The notes under the pieces: generated by a model
What the model was told of the DNA's origin: nothing
Databases searched by the model: none
The model's input: the letters and a program-made list of their open reading frames with translations, nothing else
Shown here: positions 60,815-64,000 of the stretch, piece after piece
Layout: each line of letters begins with the position of its first letter
Numbering within the stretch: position 1 is the first letter of the stretch
NCBI GenBank assembly: GCA_963719315.1
Contig: CAVRBU010000001.1
Coordinates: 320,001-384,000 of the forward strand
Length of the DNA: 64,000 bases
Source: an uncultured Planctomycetota bacterium
GTDB lineage: Bacteria > Planctomycetota > Planctomycetia > Pirellulales > Lacipirellulaceae
Reading direction: 5' to 3'
Translations under genes and position numbers: made by a program

Positions 60815-62341
60815 CTACCGATTCGCCGGCATCCGGCCCGATTTACGGATTTCGTCCAGCAACCTCGACAGCTCCCTAACCTTTTCCGGATGTTGGACAG
60901 CCACGTTCTTCGATTCGCCCAAGTCGTCGGCCAGATTGTACAACTGGCCAACTTCGTTGCCCGTGCCGCCCTGTTTGGCGTTCGGCCGCGGCGAGTTGCT
61001 GGCTTCAATGAGCTTCCAATTCCCTTGCCGTACCGCGATCGAGTTGCCCTGCTCGACGAGTTGGTCCCGGCCGTGCTGCGTCTCTCCCAATAGAGCCGGC
61101 AGCACATTGACACTGTCGGGCGCTGCCTGGTTCGGCAGTTTCTGATTCGTGAAAGCGGCCAACGATGCGAGCAGATCGATTTGGCACACCAGCGCATCGG
61201 TTTCTTTGCCGGCCGGCACGTGCTTCGGCCAACGCACGATGAATGGCACCCGCGTGCCGCCTTCCCAGACCGTGCTTTTGCCGCCGCGGAGCGGGCCGGC
61301 CGGTTTGTGCGACCCGTTTTTCTCCACGGCATCATCCAGATAGCCATCGTTGAGCACGGGTCCGTTGTCGCTCGTCAATATCACGAGCGTATTATCGGTG
61401 AGTTTCAACTCCTCCAGAGTGCTCAGTAACTGACCGGTCGACCAATCGAATTCGACAATGGCATCACCTCGAGGACCGAGCTTGGTCGCGCCGCGAAATC
61501 GCGGATGGGGCACGCGCGGCACGTGGATATCGTGCGTGGCAAAGTACAAGAAGAACGGCTTGTCGCGATGACTGTGGATGAAACCGACCGCTTGTCGGGT
61601 GAGCGTGTCGGCGATGGTTTCGTCTTTCCAGCGTGCCGCCTTGCCGCCCGCCATGTAACCGATGCGGCTAATGCCGTTGATGATCGTCTTGTCGTGTCCG
61701 TGAGCGAGCTTCATCGTGAGCAAGTCGGGGCGTTCGGCGCCCGTCGGTTCATCGCCAACTTTTTTCTGATAGTCCACCCGGATCGGATCGGCCGGATCGA
61801 GGCCGGCGACGCGATGATTCTCGACGTAAACGCAAGGCGTGCGGTCGCCGGTGGCCGGAATGATGTAGCAATAATCGAAACCAAGTTCGAGCGGCCCCGG
61901 CTTGAGTTCGGCATTCCAATCGGGCCGCTCTCGTCCAAGTCCCAGGTGCCATTTGCCGACAACGGCGGTCGAATAGCCGGCATCATGCAGCATTGAAGCC
62001 AGCGTAACGCGGCTAGAATCGATGATCAGCGGCGCGACTCCGGGCAGGATACCGGTTCCTTTTTTCCGCCAGGCGTATTCGCCCGTCAGCATGGCGTACC
62101 GCGATGGCGTACAGGTCGCCGCGGCCGAGTGGGCATCGGTAAAACGCAAACCTTCCCGCGCGAGGCGGTCGATGTTCGGCGTTTTGACTTCTGTGGCGCC
62201 GTAACAGCCGACGTCGCCATATCCGATGTCGTCCGCGTAGATGAGCACGATATTCGGTCGATCGGCGGCGCCCGCGTACGAATGTACGAACAGCAGGACG
62301 AACAAACAGGTGGCCAGAAATTTCAAACGGTTCCGAATCAC
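60815..62341 (-). CDS. Arylsulfatase / sulfatase family protein
   Basis: PNIVLIYADDIGYGD, CTPSR formylglycine motif, GKWHLG, SDNG, EGGTRVP; GTGA overlap with the upstream gene. Confidence 0.95.
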   Translation of the reverse strand: MIRNRLKFLATCLFVLLFVHSYAGAADRPNIVLIYADDIGYGDVGCYGATEVKTPNIDRLAREGLRFTDAHSAAATCTPSRYAMLTGEYAWRKKGTGILPGVAPLIIDSSRVTLASMLHDAGYSTAVVGKWHLGLGRERPDWNAELKPGPLELGFDYCYIIPATGDRTPCVYVENHRVAGLDPADPIRVDYQKKVGDEPTGAERPDLLTMKLAHGHDKTIINGISRIGYMAGGKAARWKDETIADTLTRQAVGFIHSHRDKPFFLYFATHDIHVPRVPHPRFRGATKLGPRGDAIVEFDWSTGQLLSTLEELKLTDNTLVILTSDNGPVLNDGYLDDAVEKNGSHKPAGPLRGGKSTVWEGGTRVPFIVRWPKHVPAGKETDALVCQIDLLASLAAFTNQKLPNQAAPDSVNVLPALLGETQHGRDQLVEQGNSIAVRQGNWKLIEASNSPRPNAKQGGTGNEVGQLYNLADDLGESKNVAVQHPEKVRELSRLLDEIRKSGRMPANR

Positions 62342-63471
62342 GGCTTGTGCCCCGTCAATTCTCGGATCAATTTCACTTCGCCTTGGCGGTAAGGTTTGCC
62401 GTCTGCGCGGAAAATGTCGTGGTGCCAAGGATCGGGCTCGCCGATGATCGGCATCTGCCAAGTATGCCACGGATACTTGGTTTGCGTCTTGCCATCGACC
62501 AGTCCCCAGCAATACGCAGCAACCCTTTCCTTTTTCAAAATTGGCAGAATCGCCTCGAACGTGCTGCCGTTGCCGCGAGCCATGAACTCGGTGCACAGCA
62601 GTGGCCGTTCATATTTACGAAGTTGATGGATGCGATTCAGCATCGCCTCAGGTTTGCTGTAGTCGTGGAACGAGATGACGTCGCTCAATTCAACGGCGGC
62701 ACGATGCACCTGGTTAAGCTTATCCACTTGGTCCCACGGAGGGCCGGCCCACAAGCACACCGTAAGCGGTTGTGAAGGCCTCGTCGCTCGCGCCCAGTCG
62801 AACGACAACCGCACGACGCGAGCCGATACTTCGTCCTTGTTCTTCAATTCCAAAGGGCCGTAGCTGTTGCCATTAAGATTATCGGGCTCGTTGAACAAGT
62901 CCCACGCCAGCACCCGCTCGTCGTTCGCATAACGTGCAATCACTTCGGTTACATACGGCTTGAGCGCGTCCTGTTTTGCGCGATCGGCGAGCACAACGCG
63001 GCCGGGGCTCTGCACCCAGCCACTGTTGTGCACGCCCGCGCGCGGCCGATTTTGTGTACCACTTTGCGGATCGGGATCCCACACGCCGTCGAAGACCACC
63101 AGCATCGGCCGAATTCCGTGGCCGGCTGCAAGTTCGAGGAACTTGTCTACGTTCGCGAAGAACTTCGCGCGATCGTCTTTCCACGGCAAGTCGTGTAGGA
63201 ACACGCGGACCGTGTTGAAGCCAAGCGATTGGGCCCGGCCGAGCTCGCGATCGATCGTCGTGGCGTCGAACGTCTCCGGCTGCCACATCTCCAACTGGTT
63301 GATGGCCGTACTGGGGATGAAATTACATCCGACCAGCCAGGGCTGGGCCTTGTACCAGTCGTTCGCCTGCTGGGGCGTCCAGCGCTCTGAGGCAGTTGTA
63401 AAACCAAAACCAGCAGCAACTGTGACCGTCGTTGCGACGACAAGTGCAATCGTTCTCACGTAGATGGACAA
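62338..63471 (-). CDS. Glycoside hydrolase (GH5-like, clan A)
   Basis: GFNTVRVFLHD, WDLFNEP (acid/base), SFHDY, CTEFMAR (nucleophile). Confidence 0.85.
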   Translation of the reverse strand: MSIYVRTIALVVATTVTVAAGFGFTTASERWTPQQANDWYKAQPWLVGCNFIPSTAINQLEMWQPETFDATTIDRELGRAQSLGFNTVRVFLHDLPWKDDRAKFFANVDKFLELAAGHGIRPMLVVFDGVWDPDPQSGTQNRPRAGVHNSGWVQSPGRVVLADRAKQDALKPYVTEVIARYANDERVLAWDLFNEPDNLNGNSYGPLELKNKDEVSARVVRLSFDWARATRPSQPLTVCLWAGPPWDQVDKLNQVHRAAVELSDVISFHDYSKPEAMLNRIHQLRKYERPLLCTEFMARGNGSTFEAILPILKKERVAAYCWGLVDGKTQTKYPWHTWQMPIIGEPDPWHHDIFRADGKPYRQGEVKLIRELTGHKP

Positions 63472-63605
63472 AGTTCAGCCCTCGCCTTTCAAGATTTATC
63501 CAGCGATCCGATGATACCTGGGAGACGCTCTCAGTGTAATCGAAGGACAAGTGAAGTTCGATGGGGCAGAAGCGCGTCGCGCAAAGAGAATGAATCGATG
63601 AACCA

Positions 63606-64000
63606 TCAGCCTCCGCGCCGATCGCGCCGAATCTGTTCCAACTCGCGCTTTAGGGGCTCCCAATAGTCTCGATCGGCTTTTCGCTCTTGAATTTCTTCCT
63701 CGGTCAGCGCAAGCTCTAGTCGGTTCCGCTCACCAATCGTTGCGAATTGCAAAAGCGGTCGGCTGAATGCGACTTCGGCGGCGGCGTCTGGATGACGGGC
63801 CGCAAGTTGAATCAATAGATCGGGAGTTCTGGATTCCCGCAGCCAAAATCGCACTCGATCTTCGCTGGCATCCGATTGGTGCGCGGCGTAATGCGCTTCC
63901 ACGAGGCGGCGTATCATCGGCCAGTCCTTGTCGCGCTGCGTTTTTTTGGCCGATATCAAATCGCCAAGTGCCATCATTTCGAATCGGCAACCCGCATCAT
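63606..64000 (-). CDS. C-terminal part of a hypothetical protein, possibly nucleotidyltransferase-like (5' end outside the window)
   Basis: Frame is open to the window edge; DLISAKKTQRDKD resembles the DL..K...R.KD motif of small nucleotidyltransferases. Confidence 0.55.
   Translation of the reverse strand, partial: DAGCRFEMMALGDLISAKKTQRDKDWPMIRRLVEAHYAAHQSDASEDRVRFWLRESRTPDLLIQLAARHPDAAAEVAFSRPLLQFATIGERNRLELALTEEEIQERKADRDYWEPLKRELEQIRRDRRGG

Noticed and set aside
59726..61093. 455-aa plus-strand ORF
   Set aside because: Antisense shadow of leuC and the sulfatase

Overview
GC-rich bacterial chromosome segment, most likely from a Planctomycetota member (Pirellulales-like). This is inferred from DUF1580, the planctomycete-type Ser/Thr kinase, the PQQ/HEAT/SBP cluster, multiple CsrA paralogs and a sulfatase. 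Most of the window is core or ordinary accessory genome: tkt, maf, RluA-family synthase, kdsA, arfB, bioB, leuCD, transporters and hydrolases. The main feature is an ~11.6 kb element integrated at tRNA-Phe, bounded by perfect 44-bp att repeats (19955-19998 and 31524-31567). It has the layout of a capsid-encoding phage satellite (PICI-like): tyrosine integrase, DUF1580/AlpA-like HTH proteins, a DnaB-N/AAA helicase with an adjacent iteron-rich origin, a small terminase and an HK97-type major capsid protein. No portal, large terminase, tail or lysis genes were recognised. Its cargo is a HigB-HigA-SecB toxin-antitoxin-chaperone (TAC) operon, a class known to act in anti-phage defence. The capsid gene is split by an IS1182-like element, and removing the IS restores one 485-aa frame. 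Also present are two further IS elements (IS5, ISKra4), two tail-to-tail TA modules (the YoeB lacks its catalytic Glu), short palindromic or heptamer repeats sitting in-frame inside core proteins, and two csrA paralogs with sigma54-type promoters near an ANGGA-rich leader. About nine small-indel frameshifts, including in tkt and leuC, suggest an imperfectly polished assembly, so pseudogene calls based on frameshifts alone are unreliable. All product calls come from motif recognition by eye; no database searches were run.
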